A stretch of DNA of 64,000 bases, taken from contig CAYGEJ010000001.1 in the NCBI GenBank assembly GCA_964348935.1, positions 51,807 through 115,806 of the forward strand, in the 5' to 3' direction. Source of the stretch: an uncultured Candidatus Saccharibacteria bacterium (GTDB taxonomy: Bacteria > Patescibacteriota > Doudnabacteria > UBA920). The translations under genes and the position numbers were made by a program. The notes beneath the pieces were generated by a model. The model saw nothing but the letters and a program-made list of their open reading frames with translations, searched no databases and had not been told where the DNA came from. The stretch's first letter is position 1. Each line of letters begins with the position of its first letter. This document shows, one piece after another, positions 35,934 to 46,284 of the stretch.

Positions 35934-37001
35934 ATGAAAATAAAAATTGTTCTTGTATTTTCACTGCTAGTTTTACTTTCGGCTTCATGTAATCCGTTTC
36001 AGTCAACTTTACCTTCAGGTGTTGTGAAGAGTACTAATGGTGGAGTGGATTGGCAGTTTACAAATGCGGTTAAGGGAAGCACTACTGCGTCTATTGGAGG
36101 ATTGAGTATTTCTAAATTGGCCTTTGAACCGAATAATAATAAAATCTTAATAGCTTCAACATATAACGACGGGATGTTTAAGTCGGAAGATTCTGGTGCC
36201 AGCTGGACGAGATTGCTTTCTAAAATTATGGTTTATGATTTTGTGATAAATCCGTTTGATGCCAAAATTATCTACGCTGCTGGTTTCTGTGTAAATCATG
36301 GTTGTGTGGTTAAGACTACGGATGGTGGCGGGAGTTGGAACGAGGTTTATAAAGAAGGTAGTACAACAAATCCGAATCCAGTGCGAGGGGTAGGAATTAA
36401 CCCAAAAAACCCGAATCAGTTGGTAATTGGAACTTTGTCTGGTAGTGTTATTAAATCCGCAGATGCCGGTAATACATGGCAATTGGTAAATAATTTTGCT
36501 GACCAGGTAAATCGGGTGCTGTGGCAGGAAAATAACGTTTATGTTTTATTAAAAGGCAAAGGTCTTTATTCCGGATCGGGGTTTGTGGAGAACTTGTCTG
36601 ATATTACCACTAGTTTAAGTAAAACTTATAGTATCGGAAATTTATCTTATACTCAGGAAACTATAGATAACTTTAGCCAAGTCTTTGTGGATTCGACCAG
36701 TGTCTTATTAATATATGTCACTACAAATAAAGGGGTTTATAAGACGGTAGATGGAGGTAAAACCTGGGAGTTAAAAAAATTACCAATAAAACCAAGTGAC
36801 AGCGCAACCAGGGCTATTGCTATTTCTAAAGCTTCCAGTAATATAGTATTTACAAGCGTGGCTTCAACTATATATAAGTCTTTGGACGGGGGGACTAGCT
36901 GGCAAACACAGAATATTAATTCCGGTGGATTTGTAAATTATATTTTAATAGATCCAATTTTGCCTCAAGTGATTTATTCCGGAATATATTTAAACGAGTA
37001 A
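35934..37001 (+). CDS. BNR/Asp-box repeat beta-propeller lipoprotein (Ycf48/sialidase-like)
   Basis: Lipoprotein-like signal (LLSASC). Six S-x-D-x-G-x-(T/S)-W repeats (STNGGVDW, SEDSGASW, TTDGGGSW, SADAGNTW, TVDGGKTW, SLDGGTSW). Confidence 0.65.
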   Translation: MKIKIVLVFSLLVLLSASCNPFQSTLPSGVVKSTNGGVDWQFTNAVKGSTTASIGGLSISKLAFEPNNNKILIASTYNDGMFKSEDSGASWTRLLSKIMVYDFVINPFDAKIIYAAGFCVNHGCVVKTTDGGGSWNEVYKEGSTTNPNPVRGVGINPKNPNQLVIGTLSGSVIKSADAGNTWQLVNNFADQVNRVLWQENNVYVLLKGKGLYSGSGFVENLSDITTSLSKTYSIGNLSYTQETIDNFSQVFVDSTSVLLIYVTTNKGVYKTVDGGKTWELKKLPIKPSDSATRAIAISKASSNIVFTSVASTIYKSLDGGTSWQTQNINSGGFVNYILIDPILPQVIYSGIYLNE

Positions 37002-37020
37002 ATTAATTAAGAAATATAAT

Positions 37021-37578
37021 ATGATAGAACAAATTTTAAATTCGCATAAAGAAAATTTTGAAAAAGCTTTGGAACATTTTGCCCATGAACTTTCCGGCGT
37101 ACGTACTGGAAGAGCTAATCCGGCGTTACTTAATTCAGTTCAGGTAGAAAGTTATGGAAGCAAAATGCCACTAGAACACGTTGCCTCTGTGTCAGCATCG
37201 GACGCTAAAACCTTGGTAATTAGCCCTTGGGATAAGGGGATGATACAGCCAATAGAAAAGGCAATCCAAGTTGCTAATTTAGGGTTTAATCCAAGCAATG
37301 ATGGGGTTGTAATTAGAATTACTTTACCTTCCTTAAATGAAGAGCGTAGAAAAGAAATGGTAAAGTTGGTTGGTCAAATTGCTGAAAAGGGTAAAATCGG
37401 AATTCGTAATGCACGTGAAGGTGTAAATAAGGAAATGAAAAAAGCTGAAACCGATGGTAAAATTAGTAAAGATGATTTGCAGGTTGGGCAGAAGAAATTA
37501 CAAGAAGTGGTAGATAAATATAATGATGAAATTAAAAAACACGCCGAAGTAAAAGAGAAAGAAGTGATGACGGTTTAG
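37021..37578 (+). CDS. frr: ribosome recycling factor
   Basis: 185 aa. ISPWDKGMIQPIEKAIQVANLGFNPSNDGVVIRITLPSLNEERRKEMVK matches the RRF core. Confidence 0.9.
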   Translation: MIEQILNSHKENFEKALEHFAHELSGVRTGRANPALLNSVQVESYGSKMPLEHVASVSASDAKTLVISPWDKGMIQPIEKAIQVANLGFNPSNDGVVIRITLPSLNEERRKEMVKLVGQIAEKGKIGIRNAREGVNKEMKKAETDGKISKDDLQVGQKKLQEVVDKYNDEIKKHAEVKEKEVMTV

Positions 37579-37631
37579 TTAGAGAAATGAGTTACTAATT
37601 AAGAATTAAGCGTTTAATAGGAATAATCTAA

Positions 37632-38756
37632 ATGTTTACAACAATTATATTTTTTATAATAATTTTAGGAGTTTTAGTTTTTGTCCACGAGTTTGGCCAT
37701 TTTATTGTGGCTAAAAAAAGCGGTATGCAAGTGGATGAGTTTGGTTTTGGTTTTCCGCCAAGGATTGGCGGGGTATATAAGTCTGGTGGGAAGTGGAAAT
37801 TTATTTTTGGCTCAAAACAGCCTACGGATATAGACCAGGGTAATACTGTATATTCTTTAAATGCTATTCCATTGGGTGGGTTTGTGAAAATTGTGGGAGA
37901 AAATAACGAAGATGAGACTAACCCGAAAAGCTTTATTAATAAAGGTTTCTGGCCGAGACTTTTTACGTTAGTAGCTGGTGTGGTTATGAATGTAATTTTG
38001 GCTTGGGTGCTTTTATCAATTGGTTATATGGTTGGTATGAAAGTTGGAGTGAACACATTAAGTGATGTACCAGCCGGAGCCAGTTTTACCAATGCTCAAA
38101 TGCAAATTACAGAAGTAGTTAAAGACTTACCGGCTTATAACTCAGGACTTAAGCCAGAAGATATTATTGTAAGCTTAGATGGTCAGAAATTTGAAACAGT
38201 AAAAGATATTCAAGAATATGTAAAGGTACATGCAGGAAGTCAGATAGATTTTGGTCTGAAACGGGCAAGTGGAGATTTGAACTTGAAAGTAACGCCAAGT
38301 GTAAATCCACCCGAAGGACAAGGTCCCACAGGTATTGCCATAGCGTTAGTTGGAAAATTGCAGTATGTTTGGTATCAGGCATTATGGGAAGGCGCAGTTA
38401 CCACAGGTAAAGGTTTAGTTGGGATTGTTTCGGGTTTGTACCAGTTATTTGCAGGTAATATAGGTTTTGGAAATTTGGGAGGTCCTATTCAAATAGCTAA
38501 AATTGTAGGTGTGGTTAAGCAATCTGGTATATTAGCATTGTTGAATTTAACCGCTTTTCTTTCACTCAATCTTGCTGTGCTGAATATTTTACCTTTTCCT
38601 GCGCTTGACGGTGGTCGAGTGTTATTCTTAATTATTGAAAAAATTCGTAGAAAAAGAAACAATCAAAAAATTGAACAGTATGTTAATGCCTTCGGGTTTG
38701 TATTTTTAATTTTATTAATGGTCGCTGTGACTATTAACGATGTAATAAGAAAATAG
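37632..38756 (+). CDS. rseP: RIP metalloprotease RseP (site-2 protease, M50) with PDZ domain
   Basis: HEFGHFIVAK (HExxH) in TM1, PDZ segment, C-terminal LDGG motif (FPALDGGRVLF). 374 aa. Confidence 0.85.
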   Translation: MFTTIIFFIIILGVLVFVHEFGHFIVAKKSGMQVDEFGFGFPPRIGGVYKSGGKWKFIFGSKQPTDIDQGNTVYSLNAIPLGGFVKIVGENNEDETNPKSFINKGFWPRLFTLVAGVVMNVILAWVLLSIGYMVGMKVGVNTLSDVPAGASFTNAQMQITEVVKDLPAYNSGLKPEDIIVSLDGQKFETVKDIQEYVKVHAGSQIDFGLKRASGDLNLKVTPSVNPPEGQGPTGIAIALVGKLQYVWYQALWEGAVTTGKGLVGIVSGLYQLFAGNIGFGNLGGPIQIAKIVGVVKQSGILALLNLTAFLSLNLAVLNILPFPALDGGRVLFLIIEKIRRKRNNQKIEQYVNAFGFVFLILLMVAVTINDVIRK

Positions 38757-38759
38757 TTT

Positions 38760-39218
38760 ATGAAGCAATTTTGGCCAAAAAAAAATCCAGAGATTCAAGA
38801 AAGTCAGGACAAAGTCTTTGTTGAGTTGGCAAATCCTAAATTATTCAATTTGCTTAAGGAGTTGACAGGGTTAATAGATGGCTTTGATGAAGAACCGAGA
38901 AAGGATTATTTTGAAGCTGGTGTCTTAGGTCAGTCATCAGACTTATTAAATCCTGAACAGTTGACATATAAAAATGAACTGCTTGCTAGATTACAGAAGG
39001 CATTAAATGATCCAGAGTTACTGGCTGAAAAGCAAAAATATTATTTAATAAAGGTGTATTTAGAAGAAGTGGATGTAGATCAATTTGCAGAACAAGTGGG
39101 TTTGAAGCCTCAAAGTATTAAGGAAGTAATTAATAGTGCTTTCCATAAGATACGTGGTTCTAAGTATTTTATAGATTTAAAACCTACGAGTGCAGGAAAA
39201 GGAAAATTAAATATTTAA
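38760..39218 (+). CDS. hypothetical protein
   Basis: 152-aa ORF starting 4 nt after rseP. No recognised motif. Confidence 0.4.
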   Translation: MKQFWPKKNPEIQESQDKVFVELANPKLFNLLKELTGLIDGFDEEPRKDYFEAGVLGQSSDLLNPEQLTYKNELLARLQKALNDPELLAEKQKYYLIKVYLEEVDVDQFAEQVGLKPQSIKEVINSAFHKIRGSKYFIDLKPTSAGKGKLNI

Positions 39219-39220
39219 AT

Positions 39221-40921
39221 ATGAAGCAATCACAATATTTTTTAAAGACAAGCAAAACTTTTTCCGAAGAAGATAAAATGGCTTCGGCAAAATTATTAAA
39301 ACAGGCAGGTTACATTACTGAATCTGTTGCTGGTAGGTATTATTTTTTACCCGCGGGTCAGCGAGTTCAGCAAAAAGTTATGGCTATTGTAAAGCAGGAA
39401 ATGGATGCTGTGGGTGCTCAAGAAATGGTTGCTCCAATTTTGCATCCGTTAGAATTGTGGAAAGAAACCAATAGAACCAATACCGCCGGTTTTGAACTGA
39501 TGAAAGTAAAAGATAGGAGAGATGCAGAATTTGCTTTGGGTGGTACAGCGGAAGAAATGTTTGTCGATTTGGTGCGTAAGTACCAGCTTTCGTATAAGGA
39601 ACTGCCTTTTCAACTCTATCAGTTTTCTCCCAAATTTAGGGACGAATTACGTGCCAGAGGTGGTCTTTTGCGGGTTAGAGAATTTATAATGAAAGATGGT
39701 TATTCGTTTCATAGAAACGAAGAAGATTTTAAAGTTACTTACGAGAAAATGAAACAGGTTTATACCCAAATTTTTAATCGGATGAATTTAAAAACTGCAA
39801 TTGTGGAATCTGATAACGGTTATATTGGTGGGGATTATTGTCACGAGTTTGTGGTAGAATCGGAAATTGGAGAAACCAGATATTTTGCCACGGAAGATAA
39901 TAGCTATGCGGCGCATGAAGATGTGGCAAAATGTTTGAAGGAAGACAAAAATAATTTGGAGAGTGTAAAAGAAATACAAGAGGTGGTAGCGGAGCGTGGA
40001 AACACTATGGAAGATGGGGTAAATTTTCATAAATTACCTTTATGGCAACAAATTAAGGATGTGGTCTTTGTGGACGAAGCAGGGAGGTTTATTTTGGCAG
40101 TTATTCGAGGTGATTTTGAGGTGAATGAAACAAAGCTTAAACATCTTGTTGGTGCTAGAGATTTACGCCACGCTACAGGCGAAGAAATTCGTGAAGTCTT
40201 AAATTCTGAACCGGGTTTTATTTCCCCGGTAAAGATAAAAGAGATTAAAAAAGAGGAGGCGGAATTAATTATTGTCGCAGATGATTCTTTAATTAGTTTG
40301 AAAAATGCTTATGGTGGCGCCAATAAAAAACATACTGATTTGATTAATGTAAATATTGAGAGAGACTATAAACCGGATTTAGTCGGTGATATAGCATTAG
40401 TTTTTCCAGGAAGTTTAAGTTTAACCGGTGGTATTCTGGTGGAAAAGCGCGGGATTGAAGTTGGGAATATATTTCAATTAGGTTACCACTATTCAAAGTT
40501 AATGAAGGGTGCTGTGTATAGAGACGAGGATGGTAGCGAGAAGCCTTATTATATGGGCTGCTATGGTATAGGGATTGGGAGAACAATGGCTTCGGTTGTG
40601 GAAAAGTTTAATGATGAAAAAGGTATAATTTGGCCCGAAAGCGTAGCACCATTCAAAGTTCATTTAATTGGATTAAAGGGTGCGGAAGAAAAGGCTGGGG
40701 AAATATATAATACTTTATTAAATTCAGGAATTGAGGTATTATATGATGACAGGGAAATAAGTGCTGGAGCTAAGTTTGCAGATTCAGATTTAATCGGAAT
40801 CCCTTATAGATTAGTGGTTTCTCCAAAAACTATTGAAAAAAATAGTGTGGAAGTTAAAAAAAGAAATGAAAAAGAGTTTGTTTTGGTAGAAATGTCTAAA
40901 ATTATAGACACGGTAAAATAA
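39221..40921 (+). CDS. proS: proline--tRNA ligase
   Basis: Class II aaRS motifs and a ProRS-specific anticodon-binding C-terminal domain. 566 aa. Context: frr, rseP, proS. Confidence 0.88.
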   Translation: MKQSQYFLKTSKTFSEEDKMASAKLLKQAGYITESVAGRYYFLPAGQRVQQKVMAIVKQEMDAVGAQEMVAPILHPLELWKETNRTNTAGFELMKVKDRRDAEFALGGTAEEMFVDLVRKYQLSYKELPFQLYQFSPKFRDELRARGGLLRVREFIMKDGYSFHRNEEDFKVTYEKMKQVYTQIFNRMNLKTAIVESDNGYIGGDYCHEFVVESEIGETRYFATEDNSYAAHEDVAKCLKEDKNNLESVKEIQEVVAERGNTMEDGVNFHKLPLWQQIKDVVFVDEAGRFILAVIRGDFEVNETKLKHLVGARDLRHATGEEIREVLNSEPGFISPVKIKEIKKEEAELIIVADDSLISLKNAYGGANKKHTDLINVNIERDYKPDLVGDIALVFPGSLSLTGGILVEKRGIEVGNIFQLGYHYSKLMKGAVYRDEDGSEKPYYMGCYGIGIGRTMASVVEKFNDEKGIIWPESVAPFKVHLIGLKGAEEKAGEIYNTLLNSGIEVLYDDREISAGAKFADSDLIGIPYRLVVSPKTIEKNSVEVKKRNEKEFVLVEMSKIIDTVK

Positions 40922-40978
40922 AAATTAAAAAAACACAAATTAAGTATTGAACAAGTTGCTTTAATTTGTGTTTTTATT

Positions 40979-42043
40979 TTGGAACTATACGTGCTTCAAA
41001 GAATATATCAAAAATTTAGTAAAGATATTGGAATAGATTTAGGGACGGCTAACACGCTTGTTTATGTGAAAGGCAAGGGTATTGTTATTAATGAGCCCAG
41101 TGTTGTTGCAGTTAACCAGCGTACGAAACAAATTTTAGCAATTGGTAGCGAGGCACGGCTAATGGTTGGTCGTACTCCACCACATATTGTAGCTACCAGA
41201 CCGTTAGTAGACGGGGTTATTTCGGATTTTGAAGTAACCGAAGCCATGTTGAGATATTTTATAGATAAAGTCCATGCGCAAACTTATACTTTCCTAAGAC
41301 GTCCGAGAGTGGTTATTGGAATTCCGAGCGGAGTGACTGAGGTGGAAAAACGCGCGGTACAGGATGCAGCTATAAATGCAGGGGCAGCTCAAGCCTATTT
41401 AATCGAAGAGCCTATGGCGGCAGCCATCGGGAGTCGTTTAAATGTTCAGGATGCTTCGGGTTCAATGATTGTGGATATTGGCGGGGGCACTACGGAAATT
41501 GCCGTAATTTCTTTGGGAGGAATTGTTATCTCCAAATCTTTAAGGATTGCCGGTGATGAGATGAACGAGAATATTATTCAGTATGCAAGGGATAATTTTA
41601 ATTTGCTTCTTGGGATTAGAACAGCTGAAGATGTAAAAATTAAAATTGGAAGTGCCTACCCGTTGGACAAGCCAATTTCAACTCAAATGCGTGGAAGGGA
41701 TTTGGTTTCCGGGCTTCCTAAAGAAGTTACAATTACCGACACTCAAGCTCGTGAAGCCCTTCTCCATAGCTTAAAGGTTATAGTAAACAGTATTAAAGGA
41801 GTGATTGAAGAAATTCCACCTGAGCTAATTTCTGATATTATGACCAAGGGGATAGTATTAGCCGGAGGTGGGGCATTGTTACGTGGCTTGGATAAACTGG
41901 TTCATGAAGCCACTGCTATGCCGATAACAATTGCGGAAGACCCGCTAACCTGTGTGGTTAGAGGTACGGGTGTTGTGGTGGAAGATTTGGAAGTACTGAA
42001 GGATGTATTAGTCCCTACTGATTTTGGAAAAATTCCAAGATAA
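40979..42043 (+). CDS. mreB: rod shape-determining protein MreB
   Basis: Actin-fold phosphate 1 IGIDLGTANTLVYV, DIGGGTTEIAVIS, adenosine motif LAGGGALLRGLD. The true start may be the in-frame GTG 12 nt downstream of the track TTG start. Confidence 0.9.
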   Translation: MELYVLQRIYQKFSKDIGIDLGTANTLVYVKGKGIVINEPSVVAVNQRTKQILAIGSEARLMVGRTPPHIVATRPLVDGVISDFEVTEAMLRYFIDKVHAQTYTFLRRPRVVIGIPSGVTEVEKRAVQDAAINAGAAQAYLIEEPMAAAIGSRLNVQDASGSMIVDIGGGTTEIAVISLGGIVISKSLRIAGDEMNENIIQYARDNFNLLLGIRTAEDVKIKIGSAYPLDKPISTQMRGRDLVSGLPKEVTITDTQAREALLHSLKVIVNSIKGVIEEIPPELISDIMTKGIVLAGGGALLRGLDKLVHEATAMPITIAEDPLTCVVRGTGVVVEDLEVLKDVLVPTDFGKIPR

Positions 42044-42077
42044 CCTTAACCGACTAGCTAGTAATTAATTTTGTGCT

Positions 42078-42878
42078 ATGCGTTTTATATATACAAAAGC
42101 TTTTGGAATATTTGCTGGCTGTGTAGTAGTGTTATCGCTATTTGTGTTTCTGCAGGTTAAAGGCGTGTTAGATCCTATTAGGGTAGCTATCTTAAGGTCA
42201 CCACGACCGATTGTTTATTTAGTTAAAAATTTTACTTTACCAATTAAAAATTTTTTTGGAACAATCTATCAGTTAAGAAAAATATCACAAGAAAATACCG
42301 AGTTAAGATCCAAGGTTTTAGACTTACAGCTTAAACTGGTGCAGGAAAATCAAGTACAGCGAGAAAATGAAGCATTACGCAAGGAGTTGGGTTTTATCAA
42401 GGATTCAAAAATGCAATTGGCTTCCTGTACAGTGTTATCTGAAAATTCCTTTGGGCTGAGTAACTCATTAATTTTAAATTGCGGATCTGATGACGGGGTT
42501 AATTTGGGGGATGCTGTTATTTCACAAGGGTTTTTAGTTGGGAAGATTAATTATGCGGGAAAAAATTATAGTACGGTGCTACTTACAGTAGCGGCAGATT
42601 TTTTGGCCGATGCTAAAATCAGTCAAACCGGCTCTACGGCGTTGGTAAAAGGTTCTTATGGATCGGGTTTAATTTTAGATCAGGTTCCTCAATCATCACC
42701 CTTGGAGAAAGGCTGGATGGTAATAACAGCAGGAATCAATTCTCAAGTCCCAAAAAATATATTAATTGGCGAGGTTGGTGATATTATTTCTCCTAGTAGC
42801 GACTTGTTTAAAAGAGCGGTGTTGGTAAGTCCTGTGGATTTTCATAATTTAGAATTTGTTTTTGTGGTTAAGGGATAA
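42078..42878 (+). CDS. mreC: rod shape-determining protein MreC
   Basis: N-terminal TM, coiled-coil (LRSKVLDLQLKLVQENQVQRENEALRKEL) and beta-rich C-terminal domain. Between mreB and mreD. Confidence 0.7.
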   Translation: MRFIYTKAFGIFAGCVVVLSLFVFLQVKGVLDPIRVAILRSPRPIVYLVKNFTLPIKNFFGTIYQLRKISQENTELRSKVLDLQLKLVQENQVQRENEALRKELGFIKDSKMQLASCTVLSENSFGLSNSLILNCGSDDGVNLGDAVISQGFLVGKINYAGKNYSTVLLTVAADFLADAKISQTGSTALVKGSYGSGLILDQVPQSSPLEKGWMVITAGINSQVPKNILIGEVGDIISPSSDLFKRAVLVSPVDFHNLEFVFVVKG

Positions 42879-43419
42879 ATATATGAGGTATTTAATTTAT
42901 ATTGCAGTTATTGTTAGTTTGTTTGGTCTAAATTTAGGGATATTTCACAATCTGCAAATTAATAATCAAATACCAAATTTACTTTTTTTATTATCAATCT
43001 GTTTTACCTTAGACAATGAAGGTTTTGACTTCTTTTTTATAGCGTTTACTTCCGGAATAATTTTAGATTTTTATTCTACCGGTTTTTTTGGAGGTTATAC
43101 ATTAGGATTATTGATAATTAGCGTTTTAATGTATTTATTTATAAATAATATTTTGGTAATTGAAGTAAAGTTTAGAAGTCTGGCGGTATCCTTATTATTA
43201 GCACTGATTCTTTTAAATGTTATTGTATGGCTTTACGGTTTTACTGCGTATAAATTAAATATTACGCCAAGTTTTATAAGCTTTAAGACTTATATAGACA
43301 GTTTTCCAATTAACTTTTTCTATAATCTATTCTTTATATATCCCGTCTATTTATTTTCCAGTAACTTAAGATTATTTGTTGAAAAATTAAATATGCGCAG
43401 TAAAGGTGTGGTGCGCTAA
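42856..43419 (+). CDS. mreD: rod shape-determining protein MreD (polytopic membrane protein)
   Basis: 187-aa, five-TM ORF overlapping the mreC stop and the PBP2 start. Assignment is by position. Confidence 0.6.
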   Translation: MFLWLRDKYMRYLIYIAVIVSLFGLNLGIFHNLQINNQIPNLLFLLSICFTLDNEGFDFFFIAFTSGIILDFYSTGFFGGYTLGLLIISVLMYLFINNILVIEVKFRSLAVSLLLALILLNVIVWLYGFTAYKLNITPSFISFKTYIDSFPINFFYNLFFIYPVYLFSSNLRLFVEKLNMRSKGVVR

Positions 43420-45385
43420 CATTATTGAAGATATGTGGAACCCTTTTGAAATAAAAACTAGTTACAACAAGCAAAAATATTCCAATAAATTAGATTGGGA
43501 TGAGTCTGCTGCGGATACTCAAAGCACAGTTGAAGATATTCATGATGAAGACAGAGTTGTGCCAAACTTAACTTGGTTGAAGTTTATATTGGTGATTGCT
43601 TTTGGGGTTTTAACTTGGAGAATTTTTTATTTACAAATAATTCAAGGGTATAATTTTAGAGCCTTGTCAGACAGTAATAGAGTGAGAAGTCAGAGTTTGT
43701 TAGCCCCAAGAGGCTTAATTTTAGATAGAAATGGGCAAATATTGGCTCAAAATACTGCAAGTTTTAATTTAATTGCAGTGCCTTTCGATTTGCCTAAAAA
43801 TTCTGAAGAGTTAAATAGCGTGCTTCAGAGGGCTTCTGAGTTATTTAAATTTAATGTTGACGAGTTAAAAGGTAAGTTAAAAAAAACTAGCACCAATTCT
43901 TTGTTGCCTATTGTCGTTCTGCAGGATATTAATCAAGAACAATCCATACTATTCGAAACTAAGGCCAGTGAGTTTATTGGAATGTCTGTACAAAGAATTC
44001 CGGTTAGAGATTATGTATCGCCAGAAGTATTTTCACACTTACTCGGATATACCGGGCTTGTTAGTCAGCAAGATTTAAAAAATTTAGATCAAGATAAATA
44101 TGATGCCGTGGATTTTACAGGAAAAACCGGTATTGAATTAATGTATGAAAAATATGTTCACGGAATAAATGGTCAGGACTTGGTAGAGGTAGATGCAACA
44201 GGCAAGCTTTTAAGTAGCTTAGGAAAAAATTTACCAATAGCAGGAAATACACTGGCACTTAATATTGATAAAGAGCTTCAAGAAAAATTGTACAAATCTT
44301 TAGAAAGGGGTAAGGATCCACGAGCTACAGCGGTTGCGATAAATCCTAATAATGGGCAAATTTTGGCTCTTGTTAGTTTGCCGGGGTTTAATAATAATTT
44401 GTTTGCCAGAGGTATAAAGTCAGATATTTACAACAGCTTGCTAAACGATAAAGATTTACCTTTGTTTAATCGGTCAATTGCCGGAACTTACCCTCCAGGT
44501 TCAACCGTGAAGCCAATGGTAGCCATAGCAGGGATTGAAGAAAAGGTGGTTACAGAAAATACTAGAATTATTGATAATGGAAAAATTGTCATACCTAACC
44601 AGTTTGACCCGTCATTAAATTATGAATTTAGGGGTTGGAAACCTTCAGGGTTAGGATCTATGGATGTGAAGAGTGCTATAGCTATGAGTAGTGACATTTA
44701 TTTTTATGTTGTGGCAGGCGGTGCGCCTAACGGTTCTATTTCTGGTTTGGGGATAGAAAAATTGGCAAGTTATTATCGTAAGTTTAATTTGGGAGCTTTG
44801 AGTCAAATAGATTTGCCGGGCGAGAAATCCGGTTTAGTACCGGATCCAGATTGGAAGATGAAATTTTATAAAAATGATCCTTTAAGAGGTAAATGGTATT
44901 TGGGGGATACTTATCATGTGGGTATTGGTCAGGGTGATTTATTGGTTACTCCGCTTCAGGTCGCCATATGGACTGCGACAATTGCCAACAACGGTATTGG
45001 TTATGCCCCGCAAATTGCCAATCGAGCAGTGGATGCAAATGGAAAAGTAATTTGGCAGAACGAACCAAAGGTTTTGGTGAAGGATATTGGTTCCAAGGAA
45101 AGTATTAGAATTGCGCAAGAGGGAATGAGACAGACTGTGCTGGATGGAACCGCTAAGGCGTTATCGGCTTTGCCTATAACTTCCGCTGGTAAAACCGGAA
45201 CATCACAGTTTGATGGAAGTAATTTAGCCAGAACCCACGCATGGTTTACTTGTTATGCTCCTTATGAAAATCCTGAGATAGTGATTACGGTTTTGGTTGA
45301 ATCTGGTGGTGAAGGTAATGCCGTAGCAGAGCCAGTGGCAAGAGAGGTTTTGGATTGGTGGGCAAAAAATAGGATGGGTAAATAA
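43406..45385 (+). CDS. mrdA: penicillin-binding protein 2 (class B transpeptidase)
   Basis: N-terminal TM. SxxK (GSTVKP), SxN (MSSDIY), KTG (AGKTGTSQ). 659 aa. Downstream of mreBCD. Confidence 0.85.
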   Translation: MWCANIIEDMWNPFEIKTSYNKQKYSNKLDWDESAADTQSTVEDIHDEDRVVPNLTWLKFILVIAFGVLTWRIFYLQIIQGYNFRALSDSNRVRSQSLLAPRGLILDRNGQILAQNTASFNLIAVPFDLPKNSEELNSVLQRASELFKFNVDELKGKLKKTSTNSLLPIVVLQDINQEQSILFETKASEFIGMSVQRIPVRDYVSPEVFSHLLGYTGLVSQQDLKNLDQDKYDAVDFTGKTGIELMYEKYVHGINGQDLVEVDATGKLLSSLGKNLPIAGNTLALNIDKELQEKLYKSLERGKDPRATAVAINPNNGQILALVSLPGFNNNLFARGIKSDIYNSLLNDKDLPLFNRSIAGTYPPGSTVKPMVAIAGIEEKVVTENTRIIDNGKIVIPNQFDPSLNYEFRGWKPSGLGSMDVKSAIAMSSDIYFYVVAGGAPNGSISGLGIEKLASYYRKFNLGALSQIDLPGEKSGLVPDPDWKMKFYKNDPLRGKWYLGDTYHVGIGQGDLLVTPLQVAIWTATIANNGIGYAPQIANRAVDANGKVIWQNEPKVLVKDIGSKESIRIAQEGMRQTVLDGTAKALSALPITSAGKTGTSQFDGSNLARTHAWFTCYAPYENPEIVITVLVESGGEGNAVAEPVAREVLDWWAKNRMGK

Positions 45386-45451
45386 GGTTTGACAATATGC
45401 AATTATCTTAGCATACTGTGATTAGTAAAAAATTATATAGGACTCTGTGGA

Positions 45452-46282
45452 ATGGTTATTATTGATGGGAAAAAAATTGCTGAAGATATTCTGAATGAAA
45501 TTAAAAGTGAAGTGGAAAAACTTAAATTCCAGCCGATTTTTTGCGATATTTTAGTTGGCGACGACCCTTCTTCGGTGCAGTACGTAAAAATGAAAGCCAA
45601 AACTGCGGAGAGAGTCGGGATGAAATTTTTAAATGCAAATTATCCGGCAACAATTTCCACAGAAGATCTTATCCTAGAGGTTAAAAAGCTTAACGCCGTA
45701 CCAAATTTATGTGGTTTAATTATGCAGTTGCCTCTTCCTGAAAGTATTAGTAAACAGGAGGTTTTAGATGCTATAGATCCTAGGATCGACGTTGACTGCA
45801 CTGGAAAAGTGAATACCGATTTATTTTATAAAGGCAGGGCATATATGAGGTATCCTACAGCCTTGGCGGTTATGGAAGCTTTAGACAGTTTGGAAATAAA
45901 TTTTGAAAGAAAAAAATTTCTTGTTGTTGGATATGGTCAGTTGGTGGGTAAACCGGTCAATTATTTATTGGAAAAAAGAAGGTTAATGGTGGATGTGGCA
46001 AGAAGTAAGACTCCCGATATTTTTGATTTAATGAAAAAAGCCGATGTTATAATCAGTGCCGTAGGAAAACCTAATTTAATTACTGGTGATAAAATTAAAC
46101 CAGGGGTGGTTGTTATAGATGCCGGGACATCAGAAGCAGACGGAGGGGTAGTCGGGGATGTGCAATTTGATTCGATTAAAGATATTGCTAGTTTTATTTC
46201 TCCGGTGCCGGGAGGGGTAGGACCGGTAACCGTAGCGAAGTTGCTTTCTAATGTTTTAAAGGTTGCTAAAATGAGTAAATAG
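45452..46282 (+). CDS. folD: bifunctional methylene-THF dehydrogenase/methenyl-THF cyclohydrolase
   Basis: IIDGKKIAEDI...VGDDPSSVQYVKMKAKTAERVGM N-terminal domain, NAD(P)-binding GxGxxVG-like (VVGYGQLVGKPV). 276 aa. Confidence 0.85.
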   Translation: MVIIDGKKIAEDILNEIKSEVEKLKFQPIFCDILVGDDPSSVQYVKMKAKTAERVGMKFLNANYPATISTEDLILEVKKLNAVPNLCGLIMQLPLPESISKQEVLDAIDPRIDVDCTGKVNTDLFYKGRAYMRYPTALAVMEALDSLEINFERKKFLVVGYGQLVGKPVNYLLEKRRLMVDVARSKTPDIFDLMKKADVIISAVGKPNLITGDKIKPGVVVIDAGTSEADGGVVGDVQFDSIKDIASFISPVPGGVGPVTVAKLLSNVLKVAKMSK

Positions 46283-46284
46283 TT